Of a stretch of DNA of 59,233 bases, positions 1 through 8,213 are shown one piece after another (the first letter of the stretch is position 1; each line of letters begins with the position of its first letter). The notes below the pieces were generated by a model. That model saw only the letters and a list, made by a program, of their open reading frames with translations, searched no databases and was not told where the DNA came from. The position numbers and the translations under genes are program-made. Location: positions 31,471 through 90,703 of the forward strand of contig CAYGTP010000001.1 of assembly GCA_964352875.1 (NCBI GenBank), given 5' to 3'. The DNA comes from an uncultured Candidatus Saccharibacteria bacterium (lineage in GTDB: Bacteria; Patescibacteriota; Minisyncoccia; Phycocordibacterales; UBA918).

Positions 1-54
1 AAAGGCCCGGAAAGATATGGCATACTATAGCCATAACCTTAATAATATTGATTT

Positions 55-234
55 ATGTTTGGAGTAGATAAACTTAGCAAAGAACGAAAAGAAAGCCTAA
101 CGGCAGTCCTCGGCCTCGTCACGGTCACCGTCCTTACCGTGGTTGGCTTCCAACTACAAGCGTATAACAATGGCACCTCAACTTTATTGCATTCAGCTGA
201 ATTCCAAGCGATGGTGATCGGCGCGCTTGATTAG
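55..234 (+). CDS. small hypothetical membrane protein (59 aa, below the ORF-track cutoff)
   Basis: ATG at 55 and TAG at 232-234. The translation MFGVDKLSKERKESLTAVLGLVTVTVLTVVGFQLQ... has one hydrophobic span. No family recognised. Confidence 0.3.
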   Translation: MFGVDKLSKERKESLTAVLGLVTVTVLTVVGFQLQAYNNGTSTLLHSAEFQAMVIGALD

Positions 235-552
235 TTATTGGCCAGGGAACCGCTCGCGCTGCTTAAAGGTAAAATGATTTAAGCGTTTATTGCCTTTAAG
301 TTCATCAAAGAGACTCTGGAAATCGCGATTAACCGTTAGGTGAATCGCGATTTTCTGTACCCCTTGGCCACTAATAATCAGCTCCAAGCCAGCGGTTGTC
401 TCAACTGCGGTGATATGTCGGGGTCCGGAGCGCTTGGCGTCGATAATGCCAGGTGCGATCATTTTAATACCATTCATACGTTCCAGAACTTTTACCACTT
501 CGGTAGCGGTTTCGGTTAGGGAAGTGTGTTCATTCCCACGAGGTTTTGACAT
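235..552 (-). CDS. hypothetical protein (105 aa)
   Basis: Clean ORF with protein-like composition, convergent with the 55-234 ORF. No family recognised with confidence. Confidence 0.55.
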   Translation of the reverse strand: MSKPRGNEHTSLTETATEVVKVLERMNGIKMIAPGIIDAKRSGPRHITAVETTAGLELIISGQGVQKIAIHLTVNRDFQSLFDELKGNKRLNHFTFKQRERFPGQ

Positions 553-641
553 AGTGCAAGATTACCACATATTTAGCTAAGAGACCTGCTGTCACCACAT
601 ATTTTGCAAGTCGGCGAACTCGCTTTAATCGCTACAATTTG

Positions 642-670
642 TTGACACCATACCAGATTTCCCGTACTAT
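642..670 (+). promoter_or_regulatory. sigma70-like promoter candidate upstream of rpsS
   Basis: TTGACA (642-647), a 17-nt spacer, then TACTAT (665-670). It would produce a leader of about 240 nt before rpsS. Confidence 0.4.
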
Positions 671-816
671 AGCGCCGTTCCGAACCTCGTGGAATAGTCG
701 CCTGGCAGCAGCTATTGCACAACACTTGAACGTAGTGAAAATTCGTTGTTTTCACGCGCTACGGCGCAGCTACGGCCGGTGAATGTAGAACGGTTTTCCG
801 TTTTTATCCGTAATAA

Positions 817-912
817 GGGGAGTAGCGATTAGTTAGTTTGATGTTCATATTTTGCATTAGGAATCGCAAAATATGAACTAAGTTCGTAATAGTCGCTACG
901 CTCCTTTACTCA
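817..912 (+). promoter_or_regulatory. structured leader element, copy A (paired with 13428-13524)
   Basis: Closing stem GGAG-TAGCGA (819-828) pairs with TCGCTA-cg-CTCC (893-904). Inside is a 13-bp hairpin, gttcatattttgc/gcaaaatatgaac. A 30-nt 3' block at 883-912 is 29/30 identical to 13495-13524. The element ends 6 nt before the rpsS ATG. Confidence 0.5.
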
Positions 913-918
913 CTTATA

Positions 919-1248
919 ATGTCACGATCACTATATAAAGGACCGTACGTCGATCCGAAAGTACTGAAAAAGGTCGCCGGCAAGAAACCAACTGACGTGA
1001 AAGGCCTCATCAATATATGGGCCCGCGATTCAATGATTTCTCCGGAAATGGTCGGATTCAAGTTTGGCGTACATAACGGCAAACAACATCTAGAAGTATT
1101 GGTAAGCGAAGAAATGGTCGGCCATCGCTTTGGAGAGTTTTCTCCAACCAAGAAGTTTTACCGCCACGGAGGTAAAATGCAGAAAGAGCTTGAACAGAAG
1201 CGTAAAGAAGCTGAAATTGCTGCTGCTAAAGCTGCGAAATCTGCATAA
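919..1248 (+). CDS. rpsS: 30S ribosomal protein S19 with a Lys/Ala-rich C-terminal extension
   Basis: [12 protein letters not shown]...[15 protein letters not shown] is a typical S19 sequence, and the gene sits before L22. Confidence 0.95.
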   Translation: MSRSLYKGPYVDPKVLKKVAGKKPTDVKGLINIWARDSMISPEMVGFKFGVHNGKQHLEVLVSEEMVGHRFGEFSPTKKFYRHGGKMQKELEQKRKEAEIAAAKAAKSA

Positions 1249-1256
1249 GTATCAGT

Positions 1257-1580
1257 ATGAAAGCTATTCTAAAAAACTATCGACAGTCACCGCGCAAGGT
1301 TCGTTTGCTCGCTGACCTCGTTCGAGGCAAGAAAGTTGCTGATGCCTTGGCGACACTGGAGTTCGTTAACAAACGAGCCGCTGAACCATTTGCCAAGTTG
1401 ATCAAGTCTGCCAAAGCCAACGCGGTAAACCATGGTGCAGCCGAAGGTAAATTATTTATCAAAGCTGTCGCCGTAGACAAGGGAACTGTCATGAAACGGT
1501 TCATGCCTCGCGCCCGCGGTTCTGCTTCACCAATTAATCGTCGTAACAGCCACCTCTCAATTGAGCTGGGTGAGAAATAA
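1257..1580 (+). CDS. rplV: 50S ribosomal protein L22
   Basis: The N-terminus is L22-like (YRQSPRKVRLLADLVRGK) and the gene order fits. Confidence 0.95.
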   Translation: MKAILKNYRQSPRKVRLLADLVRGKKVADALATLEFVNKRAAEPFAKLIKSAKANAVNHGAAEGKLFIKAVAVDKGTVMKRFMPRARGSASPINRRNSHLSIELGEK

Positions 1581-1585
1581 GGTAT

Positions 1586-2293
1586 ATGACACACGTAGCC
1601 CATCCATTCATCCAACGTATTGGGATTAACCGCGACTGGCGAAGTCGTTGGTTTGCTCCGTCACCAAAGAAGTTCCGAGAATATCTCCGAACTGACGCGG
1701 CGGTCCGCACGCTACTTGAGAAAAAACTCAAAGGCATGCACACTGATGCGATTGAGATTGAACGAAATGAAAAAGAAATTCGCATCATTATCAAAACTGC
1801 TCGACCAGGACTAGTTATTGGTCGCAGTGGCGAAGGCGCGGTCAAGCTCAAGAAAGAGATTGATATGCTGCTTCGTACGCTGAAACTCAGCGACAAGCCA
1901 GATATCAAGATTGATATTGAAGAAATCCGGTCACCAGAATCAAGCGCTCAGATTGTTGGGCAAATGATTGCTGAAGGTCTCGAAAAGCGCATGACGTTTC
2001 GTCGAGTAATGAAGCAAACGGTAGAGAAGGTCATGGCAAACCGAGATGTACAAGGAGTTCGAATTATTCTCGCTGGCCGTCTTGGGGGGGCTGACATGGC
2101 TCGCCGTGAAGAGCTTAAAAAAGGTCAGGTGCCGCTACAGACTCTCCGCGCTGACATCGACTTTGCGCGTGTTCGGGCAGCTCTGCCATACGGTACGATC
2201 GGTATCAAAGTATGGATTTATCGAGGTGAAGTATTTGAAGACCGCAAGACTGGTGGTGAAACACATACCTCACGTAACGGACGTAACGCTTAA
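1586..2293 (+). CDS. rpsC: 30S ribosomal protein S3
   Basis: KH/S3 motifs are present (GINRDWRSRWFA, RPGLVIGRSG) and the gene order fits. Confidence 0.97.
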   Translation: MTHVAHPFIQRIGINRDWRSRWFAPSPKKFREYLRTDAAVRTLLEKKLKGMHTDAIEIERNEKEIRIIIKTARPGLVIGRSGEGAVKLKKEIDMLLRTLKLSDKPDIKIDIEEIRSPESSAQIVGQMIAEGLEKRMTFRRVMKQTVEKVMANRDVQGVRIILAGRLGGADMARREELKKGQVPLQTLRADIDFARVRAALPYGTIGIKVWIYRGEVFEDRKTGGETHTSRNGRNA

Positions 2294-2295
2294 GT

Positions 2296-2730
2296 ATGTT
2301 GTTTCCGAAAAAAGTAAAGCACCGCAAGTGGCAAGTTGGCCGTAAAAGCGAAGCCAAGCGTAATTCACCAGAAACCCGCGGTATTACCGTTGCTTTTGGT
2401 GACTACGGGCTTAAGGCTACTTCTGCTTCGCGGGTGCGCAGTAATCAAATCGAAGCAGCTCGTCGAGTAATTTCTCGAACCATTGGTAAAACCGGACGGA
2501 CGTGGATTCGAATTTTCCCAGACAAACCAATTACCAAAAAAGCGGCTGAAGTACCGATGGGGAAAGGTAAGGGTGACCCAGATCACTTTGTGTTCGAAGT
2601 TGCACCGGGCCGCGTCCTCTTTGAAATCGCCGGTGTTCCAGAAGATATTGCGAAAGAAGCGCTTCGTAAAGCGACTGCCAAATTGCCATTAACAGCTAAG
2701 TTTGTGCGCCGCGAGGATACTCGCGCCTAG
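2296..2730 (+). CDS. rplP: 50S ribosomal protein L16
   Basis: MLFPKKVKHRK...MGKGKG is typical of L16. Confidence 0.97.
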   Translation: MLFPKKVKHRKWQVGRKSEAKRNSPETRGITVAFGDYGLKATSASRVRSNQIEAARRVISRTIGKTGRTWIRIFPDKPITKKAAEVPMGKGKGDPDHFVFEVAPGRVLFEIAGVPEDIAKEALRKATAKLPLTAKFVRREDTRA

Positions 2731-2734
2731 TGTA

Positions 2735-2938
2735 ATGCTTATGATTGATATGCAAGACATCAAAAAGAAGAGTGACGCTGAATTGACTGAGTTGATCGAA
2801 GCTCAGCGGGCAACTCTTCGGGCTGAACGTTTCAAAGATGCGTTTAGTCGTAAGGCCGGAACTGTCCGCGCCGCCAAACTTACCATTGCCCGCGCGTTGA
2901 CTGAACAGACTGAACGCCGTAAGCACATTAACGCCTAG
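2735..2938 (+). CDS. rpmC: 50S ribosomal protein L29
   Basis: L29-like helical sequence (ELTELIEAQRATLRAERFK). I prefer the ATG at 2735, just after the rplP stop, to the overlapping TTG at 2702 used by the ORF track. Confidence 0.88.
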   Translation: MLMIDMQDIKKKSDAELTELIEAQRATLRAERFKDAFSRKAGTVRAAKLTIARALTEQTERRKHINA

Positions 2939-2941
2939 CGT

Positions 2942-3211
2942 ATGGAATCAAACGAAACCAAAACCACTGAAGCGACTCACGCTGGACGCGTCTTGCGCGG
3001 GACCGTGGTCGCCAGCAAAATGCAGGATACTATCACCGTAGCGGTAGAACGATACGTGAAGCACCTTAAGTACAAGAAGTTCCAACGCCGCACCAAAAAG
3101 TTTTTAGTGCACGATGCCGGTAACACCGCGCAAGTTGGAGACAAGGTCGAAATCAAAGAAATTCGCCCGATGAGCAAGCGCAAGCACTTTGCTCTCGTAA
3201 CTACTGCCTAG
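2942..3211 (+). CDS. rpsQ: 30S ribosomal protein S17
   Basis: LRGTVVASKMQDTITVAVERYVKH is typical of S17. Confidence 0.95.
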   Translation: MESNETKTTEATHAGRVLRGTVVASKMQDTITVAVERYVKHLKYKKFQRRTKKFLVHDAGNTAQVGDKVEIKEIRPMSKRKHFALVTTA

Positions 3212-3214
3212 TGT

Positions 3215-3586
3215 ATGATTCAACCACAAACTCTCGTAAAAATTACGGATAACTCAGGTGCCAAAATCGGCCGTGTGTTTAAAGTTCTTGGTGGCTCAAA
3301 AAAGCGTTACGCTGAACTTGGAGAACAAGTTGTTGTAGCCGTACAGAGCGCTGAACCAAGAAAGTCAGTTAAGAAAAAAGATGTTGTCACAGCTGTTGTT
3401 GTACGACAGAAAAAAGCGTTTCGGCGCAAAGACGGTAGTTACGTTCGCTTTGATGACAACGCGGTTGTGATTATCGACAAAGACAAGAAAGAGCCAAAAG
3501 CGAACCGTGTCTTTGGTCCGATCCCACGTGAACTCGCAGAAGCTGGTTATCAGAAAATTGTCTCACTAGCCCCAGAGGTAGTGTAG
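3215..3586 (+). CDS. rplN: 50S ribosomal protein L14
   Basis: MIQPQTLVKITDNSGAK is typical of L14. Confidence 0.97.
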   Translation: MIQPQTLVKITDNSGAKIGRVFKVLGGSKKRYAELGEQVVVAVQSAEPRKSVKKKDVVTAVVVRQKKAFRRKDGSYVRFDDNAVVIIDKDKKEPKANRVFGPIPRELAEAGYQKIVSLAPEVV

Positions 3587-3605
3587 TCTCTTCTAAATAT
3601 TTCGT

Positions 3606-3917
3606 ATGAAAATCAAACAAGGAGATACTGTGAAAGTACTCACAGGCAAAGATAAAGGCAAAACTGGCGCTGTAGTGCGTGCACTCAAAGATTCTAATCA
3701 GGTAGTGGTCGAAGGCGTTAATGTCGTCACCAAGCACCAAAAGAATCGACGGACTCGTTCACAAGGACAAATTATTGAAAAGAGTCTCCCGATTGACGCT
3801 TCAAACGTAGCGTTGATGGAAGGCGGTAAGGCCGTACGCGTCGGGTACAGCTTTGAAGGCGAAGGTGAGAAGCGCAAAAAGATTCGCGTGGCTCGCCCGA
3901 GTGGTAAGAAAATCTAA
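3606..3917 (+). CDS. rplX: 50S ribosomal protein L24
   Basis: The KOW motif MKIKQGDTVKVLTGKDKGKTG is present. Confidence 0.95.
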   Translation: MKIKQGDTVKVLTGKDKGKTGAVVRALKDSNQVVVEGVNVVTKHQKNRRTRSQGQIIEKSLPIDASNVALMEGGKAVRVGYSFEGEGEKRKKIRVARPSGKKI

Positions 3918-3922
3918 GGCTT

Positions 3923-4471
3923 ATGGAAACCACACAACAAAGACTGAGTGGCGTATTTGCCACTATGAAAGAAACGCTTGGATTCAAGAATGTTCATCAA
4001 GCGCCAACTATTGAAAAAGTAGTGGTGTCAGTTGGAACTGGTAAGATTGATGACAAACAAAAGCTGGCTCTGATTCAAGACCGTATGGCGCAGATCACTG
4101 GCCAAAAGCCAGCGCCACGACCAGCCAGACAGTCAATTGCGAGCTTTAAACTACGTGAAGGTGATATCGTTGGTTATCAGGTGACCTTACGAGGTGCACG
4201 AATGAATCATTTTCTTGATAAGCTCATCAACATTGCGTTGCCGCAGACTCGTGACTTCCGTGGGCTCAACGCTACTGCGATTGACGAAATGGGAAACATT
4301 ACACTTGGTCTTAAAGAACATACGATCTTCCCAGAATGTACTGATGAAGAATTGAAAGATGTGTTTGGTATGGCGATCACAATTGTGACTACTGCCAAGA
4401 ACAAAGTTGAAGCTGAAGCGTTGCTTCGACACATTGGCTTGCCGTTGAAAAAAGAAGAAGTTACGGAGTAA
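3923..4471 (+). CDS. rplE: 50S ribosomal protein L5
   Basis: L5 motifs are present (SFKLREGDIVGYQVTLRG). It is the last ribosomal gene before the island. Confidence 0.97.
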   Translation: METTQQRLSGVFATMKETLGFKNVHQAPTIEKVVVSVGTGKIDDKQKLALIQDRMAQITGQKPAPRPARQSIASFKLREGDIVGYQVTLRGARMNHFLDKLINIALPQTRDFRGLNATAIDEMGNITLGLKEHTIFPECTDEELKDVFGMAITIVTTAKNKVEAEALLRHIGLPLKKEEVTE

Positions 4472-4480
4472 CTAATTCTT

Positions 4481-4509
4481 TTAGAAAGCAAATAGTTTTT
4501 GCTTTCTAA
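4481..4509 (+). terminator. hairpin after rplE (possible terminator)
   Basis: ttagaaagcaaa pairs with tttgctttctaa as a 12-bp stem. There is no clear U tail. Confidence 0.35.
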
Positions 4510-4679
4510 AACTGCAAGAGGCGGAGACATGTTTTTGCTATTCTCAATGCAAAAACAGTCGAGCCCGGGGAGGAAGTTCTTATGAGCGTAAGCGAATTAG
4601 AAACTTGACCCTGCCATTGCAGAAGCCTGAAGTTGCAGAAGCTGAATAGTTTCGCAGCATAGCAAAATACAATACATAA

Positions 4680-4714
4680 CACCAAAGCCCGGCGCGTAGC
4701 GCCGGGCTTTGGTG
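4680..4714. terminator. GC-rich perfect 16-bp hairpin
   Basis: caccaaagcccggcgc, loop gta, then gcgccgggctttggtg. Composition already resembles the island. Confidence 0.4.
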
Positions 4715-4776
4715 CGTCATTGACAAAACTAAATAATTAAAGCATATTATTAGGAAATCAATCGGGAGGAACATCA

Positions 4777-4869
4777 ATGAGAAAGAAGCGGATTGCACGC
4801 CATATGTATGTGGAGTTCGGTGTAATTCTACTCCTCATCCTACTGGTAATGATAATGATATTTGGGTAA
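4777..4869 (+). CDS. 30-aa hydrophobic micro-protein (candidate, not in the ORF track)
   Basis: GGGAGG lies 7 nt upstream of the ATG at 4777. The product MRKKRIARHMYVEFGVILLLILLVMIMIFG has a basic N-terminus and one transmembrane span. An intrinsic terminator follows directly. Confidence 0.45.
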   Translation: MRKKRIARHMYVEFGVILLLILLVMIMIFG

Positions 4870-4881
4870 CGTGACACATCA

Positions 4882-4916
4882 CGCCCCGGTCTGTATTCAG
4901 ACCGGGGCGGTTTTCA
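4882..4916 (+). terminator. intrinsic terminator
   Basis: cgccccggtctg pairs with cagaccggggcg as a 12-bp stem, followed by gttttcatt. Confidence 0.75.
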
Positions 4917-4927
4917 TTATAGCGAGT

Positions 4928-4960
4928 ACAAAAATCCCGGCGCACGATGGGTGCGCCGGG
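4928..4960 (-). terminator. intrinsic terminator of the 4989-6248 gene
   Basis: cccggcgcac pairs with gtgcgccggg, and a T run (atttttgt) follows on the minus strand. Confidence 0.7.
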
Positions 4961-4988
4961 TGCGGTATACATCTTCTTAGTCTGCCAA

Positions 4989-6248
4989 TTAGCGCTGCTT
5001 GATTTGCTCTCCGCGCAGCTCGTTGCCGAGGCTTTGGCTGGCCTGGAAGCAAAGCATAATCAGCACGCCCCAGATCATACCGAAGAAACCAGTGCCGAGC
5101 GCCCAGATGAGAATAGTAGCCACCATCTGCATCTTGGTGAGATTGAGTTTGGCACCGATCACGGTGGGCGTGTAGTTGTACGCCTCCAACAATCCGAGCA
5201 CCTTGCTGATCGCCAAAATGGCTCCGGTCTTGATCAGGAACACGTCGATCAGAAGACCAAACGACCCAATCTCAAACCCAAACCAGCCGAGACCGGGTTG
5301 GAAGTTGAGGATCATGAGTAGACCACCAACCCCCATCGCGATGGCACCGCCGATCTTCCAGATGGCGGTAATGAACCCGAGGGTGAGCGATATGAGGAGC
5401 AGGGCTCCCAAGCTCATGTTGAACGGAAACAGCACCATCAGCACGAAGTAGATAGCCGAGAGTGTCATCGCCACTTCAAGGAAACCGATCATGAGGACAC
5501 TCAGACCCTCTTGATACAGCTCAAGGTAGCGCATGAAATTACGCCGCAGCTGACTGTTCGGGTTGTTCGAGATCCCTTCGACTACGATGTAACGGAACCG
5601 GTCACACTCTGTTCGCCAGTACTTCATCATCTGGCCGAGCAAAATGATGCTGATAACAAGCAGGACCCAGTCCTTCAGCAGCACTCCGGTGACCTTCAGT
5701 GTGACGCTCGAGAGTGTCAGTGCGAGCTTCTTGAGGTCGCCGAACACTTGCCCAATGATGCCGCCCGTTACACCTGCGACGTCACCCTGAGGCACGAGAC
5801 CTGGCGCTACTTCGCGCGACCAGTTCAAAGTCTCATTGAGGGCTGCCATGATGGTGCCTTGCTGAGCCGCCAAACGTTCGGCGAACACTGTGCCCTGCTG
5901 CTGCAAGATAAACACCAGTACCGGAAACGCCGCGAATGCAAAGATGAGCAGCGATCGACTCACCAGCTTGGCAGCGGCGTCTTCGGAGCTCATTTGGAGG
6001 TGGAACGCTCGCTCGTAGCGTTTGCCTCGCCAATTGAGTGCAAAGGTCAGTCGATGACCTGATTGCGCGAGACGTTCGATGTGCGGACGCACGCCAATTG
6101 CAAACAAGATCGTCCCCAGCATGTAGGCAAAGCCTTTCCAGCTGAAGATAATCGGTAGCGCGATGAACGCGATCACGAAGAGGATGAGTGTCAGCGTATC
6201 CACTCGCGGTAGATAGCGATCCACTCGGCTCGGTTGGTAGGAGGTCAT
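4989..6248 (-). CDS. multi-pass membrane protein (419 aa), possibly AI-2E/UPF0118-like permease topology (unverified)
   Basis: The ORF is long, GC-rich and has many hydrophobic spans. AGAGG lies 9 nt upstream of the ATG. Its own terminator follows. Confidence 0.75.
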   Translation of the reverse strand: MTSYQPSRVDRYLPRVDTLTLILFVIAFIALPIIFSWKGFAYMLGTILFAIGVRPHIERLAQSGHRLTFALNWRGKRYERAFHLQMSSEDAAAKLVSRSLLIFAFAAFPVLVFILQQQGTVFAERLAAQQGTIMAALNETLNWSREVAPGLVPQGDVAGVTGGIIGQVFGDLKKLALTLSSVTLKVTGVLLKDWVLLVISIILLGQMMKYWRTECDRFRYIVVEGISNNPNSQLRRNFMRYLELYQEGLSVLMIGFLEVAMTLSAIYFVLMVLFPFNMSLGALLLISLTLGFITAIWKIGGAIAMGVGGLLMILNFQPGLGWFGFEIGSFGLLIDVFLIKTGAILAISKVLGLLEAYNYTPTVIGAKLNLTKMQMVATILIWALGTGFFGMIWGVLIMLCFQASQSLGNELRGEQIKQR

Positions 6249-6368
6249 GATTGGTACCTCTTTTTTATAAGAACAGCTCGGTCAAAAATTACCATAAAAC
6301 TTTACAAAGTCAATATGTGGTGGTAGGGTACGAGCGGAAAATAGGTAACACAAAGGAGCTAGGACACC

Positions 6369-7106
6369 ATGGAACCACTCCACCTTGTTGCGAATGAAAC
6401 AGTAGCCGCACTCACAGAGTATGCGCCTGCGGCAAGTGAGTACGCGAAGACATACCTCTTTGAGTTTTCGTTTGTGCTGCTTGGTCTCGCTACCGTTGCG
6501 GCGTTTTCGTACCTCAACCACCGTCGCATCCGACGAGCCTTGCGGCAGGGTCACCTTCCGCACGAAGTGATAGTAACGGTATGTATCTTCGATGAACAAC
6601 CTGATGGACGGGTATTCATCAAACCGCGAACAGTGCAGTCGGCTGAGCCGATTCTGCGAGCGTTTCCAAATCCAGCGCTCGTTGACATGATCATCAAAGC
6701 CACTAAGCGTTGTGATACGACCGCGCTCGGGTCGTTTATCATGTTGGGTGACCCGACCATGCATCATACGTTCATGAAGCGAGTGGTTGACATCGTATCT
6801 GAACTTGGCGGCCCTGGACATATCGTGCGCGCTTGTGGCGGAACGTTTGTGGAGTATGTCTGCTATTGTTGCGTGACGTTCTCGATGGATGGGCCGCATC
6901 GCAAAGTCCGGATCGACCTCATCAGTGAGCAGGATCTGCCGCAGCTTGTCGATGAGAACTATGTCGCTCGGTTGACCAATCGCCCAGAAGAAGGATCGCA
7001 TGCCGACTTGGTGGCAATTCTTCAGGTATGTGCTCGTAAACACCAGGAGCGGTCAAGCGACGTCGCAACGTACGTGCGTCGAGTGTCGATTTCGATACCT
7101 GCGTAG
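6369..7106 (+). CDS. hypothetical protein with an N-terminal membrane anchor (245 aa)
   Basis: AAGGAG lies 10 nt upstream of the ATG. A transmembrane span (FEFSFVLLGLATVAAFSYL) is followed by a basic stretch. I prefer it to the overlapping antisense ORF 6282-7043. Confidence 0.6.
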   Translation: MEPLHLVANETVAALTEYAPAASEYAKTYLFEFSFVLLGLATVAAFSYLNHRRIRRALRQGHLPHEVIVTVCIFDEQPDGRVFIKPRTVQSAEPILRAFPNPALVDMIIKATKRCDTTALGSFIMLGDPTMHHTFMKRVVDIVSELGGPGHIVRACGGTFVEYVCYCCVTFSMDGPHRKVRIDLISEQDLPQLVDENYVARLTNRPEEGSHADLVAILQVCARKHQERSSDVATYVRRVSISIPA

Positions 7107-7182
7107 TCGTTTCTCGGTCGCAACCTACGTTGCAGTCGAGACACACTAACATTCGCCGTGAGTAACGGAGAAGGAGGTACAC

Positions 7183-8106
7183 ATGTTCAAACGACTCTGG
7201 ACCCGATGTCAGGGAGAAGTGTTGGAGCTAATTCGGCTTGTCTTCCTGATTGGGCTGACGATCGCTGTGGCGGTCGGGGGGTATCTGGTCTACGAACGGT
7301 ACCTCCTGCAGACGATTGAGCTTCTACTTGAAGCGATGGGCTCATGGTGGGAAACACTCAGCATCGCTGGGTTGTGGCGAAACCTCGTCACCTGGTTTAT
7401 CGCCATGGGCCGCAATTGGGTGTTGGTGGAGATCCCGAAACGGCTAGCGATCCTCTACCTGGTCCCGACGATCGTGCTCATGTTGCTCCCGGGCACCTGG
7501 GTGTCAGCCATTAAGCGGTGGTTGCGGCGCCGCAAGGATAACGTACTTCGCTGCAAGAGCTGGTTCGTTGGCCACGCTGAGCGGTGGTTTGGCAAGTATG
7601 CGGGACACGCCATTGCAGCAATCTTGGCCCTCATATTCTTCGTGATCTTCTACAGCTTCTTTTCGGTCTACATGGTGCTGTGGCTTGGGTTCATCAAGCT
7701 CCCGAGCTCGGTGGTGTGGGTCTTTACGCTGGTGTGGGGTAAGTTGGTTTACTTTGCGCAGAAGCTTGGCTTCCGCAAGTGGGCCTTCCGTTTAACTGGC
7801 TGGATCGGTCGCCTCGCCCGACGCTGGATGGCGCCGATCGTGATGCGACTCATGCCAGATTTCCACTGGTTTCGGTGGATTGGTCGGAAACTCAGACTGA
7901 CCCGCCAGTTGACCGACGAGGAAAAGCGACAAAAGAAACGTGATCGTGTGCGCTGGGCGATTCGCCAGCGCTATCGCAATGCCGAATGGATTGTGAAGCG
8001 ACGAGAACGACTGGCTCGCATCGCACAGTTGCGTGGTCGGCGTGCGACTGCAGATCAAGTGTGCAGAGAGCAGACACCGCCGGTCTTGCCCAAGGCTGCC
8101 GAGTGA
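7183..8106 (+). CDS. membrane protein with a Trp/Arg-rich C-terminal tail (307 aa)
   Basis: GGAGAAGGAGG lies upstream of the ATG. Several transmembrane spans precede a tail reading RRWMAPIVMRLMPDFHWFRWIGRKLRL...KRRERLARIAQLRGRR. Confidence 0.75.
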   Translation: MFKRLWTRCQGEVLELIRLVFLIGLTIAVAVGGYLVYERYLLQTIELLLEAMGSWWETLSIAGLWRNLVTWFIAMGRNWVLVEIPKRLAILYLVPTIVLMLLPGTWVSAIKRWLRRRKDNVLRCKSWFVGHAERWFGKYAGHAIAAILALIFFVIFYSFFSVYMVLWLGFIKLPSSVVWVFTLVWGKLVYFAQKLGFRKWAFRLTGWIGRLARRWMAPIVMRLMPDFHWFRWIGRKLRLTRQLTDEEKRQKKRDRVRWAIRQRYRNAEWIVKRRERLARIAQLRGRRATADQVCREQTPPVLPKAAE

Positions 8107-8213
8107 ACCCTCGCCGCACCGTCCAAAGGACGGTGCGGCATTTACTTTTTAAAAAAATGTGCTTTAATTAAAAACAAACAGTACTTCAGTACTTCAAAAT
8201 AAAAGGAGGGACA

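Noticed and set aside
573-755. A Cys-rich 60-aa ORF on the minus strand between the first genes and rpsS.
   Set aside because: It overlaps the predicted promoter and leader of rpsS, has no ribosome-binding site, and has no recognisable zinc-ribbon spacing. It is most likely non-coding leader sequence.
6282-7043. A 253-aa ORF on the minus strand overlapping the 6369-7106 plus-strand ORF almost completely.
   Set aside because: The plus-strand ORF has a canonical AAGGAG site, an N-terminal transmembrane anchor with positive-inside charges, and the same orientation as the following island genes. Long antisense shadow ORFs are expected in DNA of about 60% GC. I kept only the plus-strand call, and that with moderate confidence.
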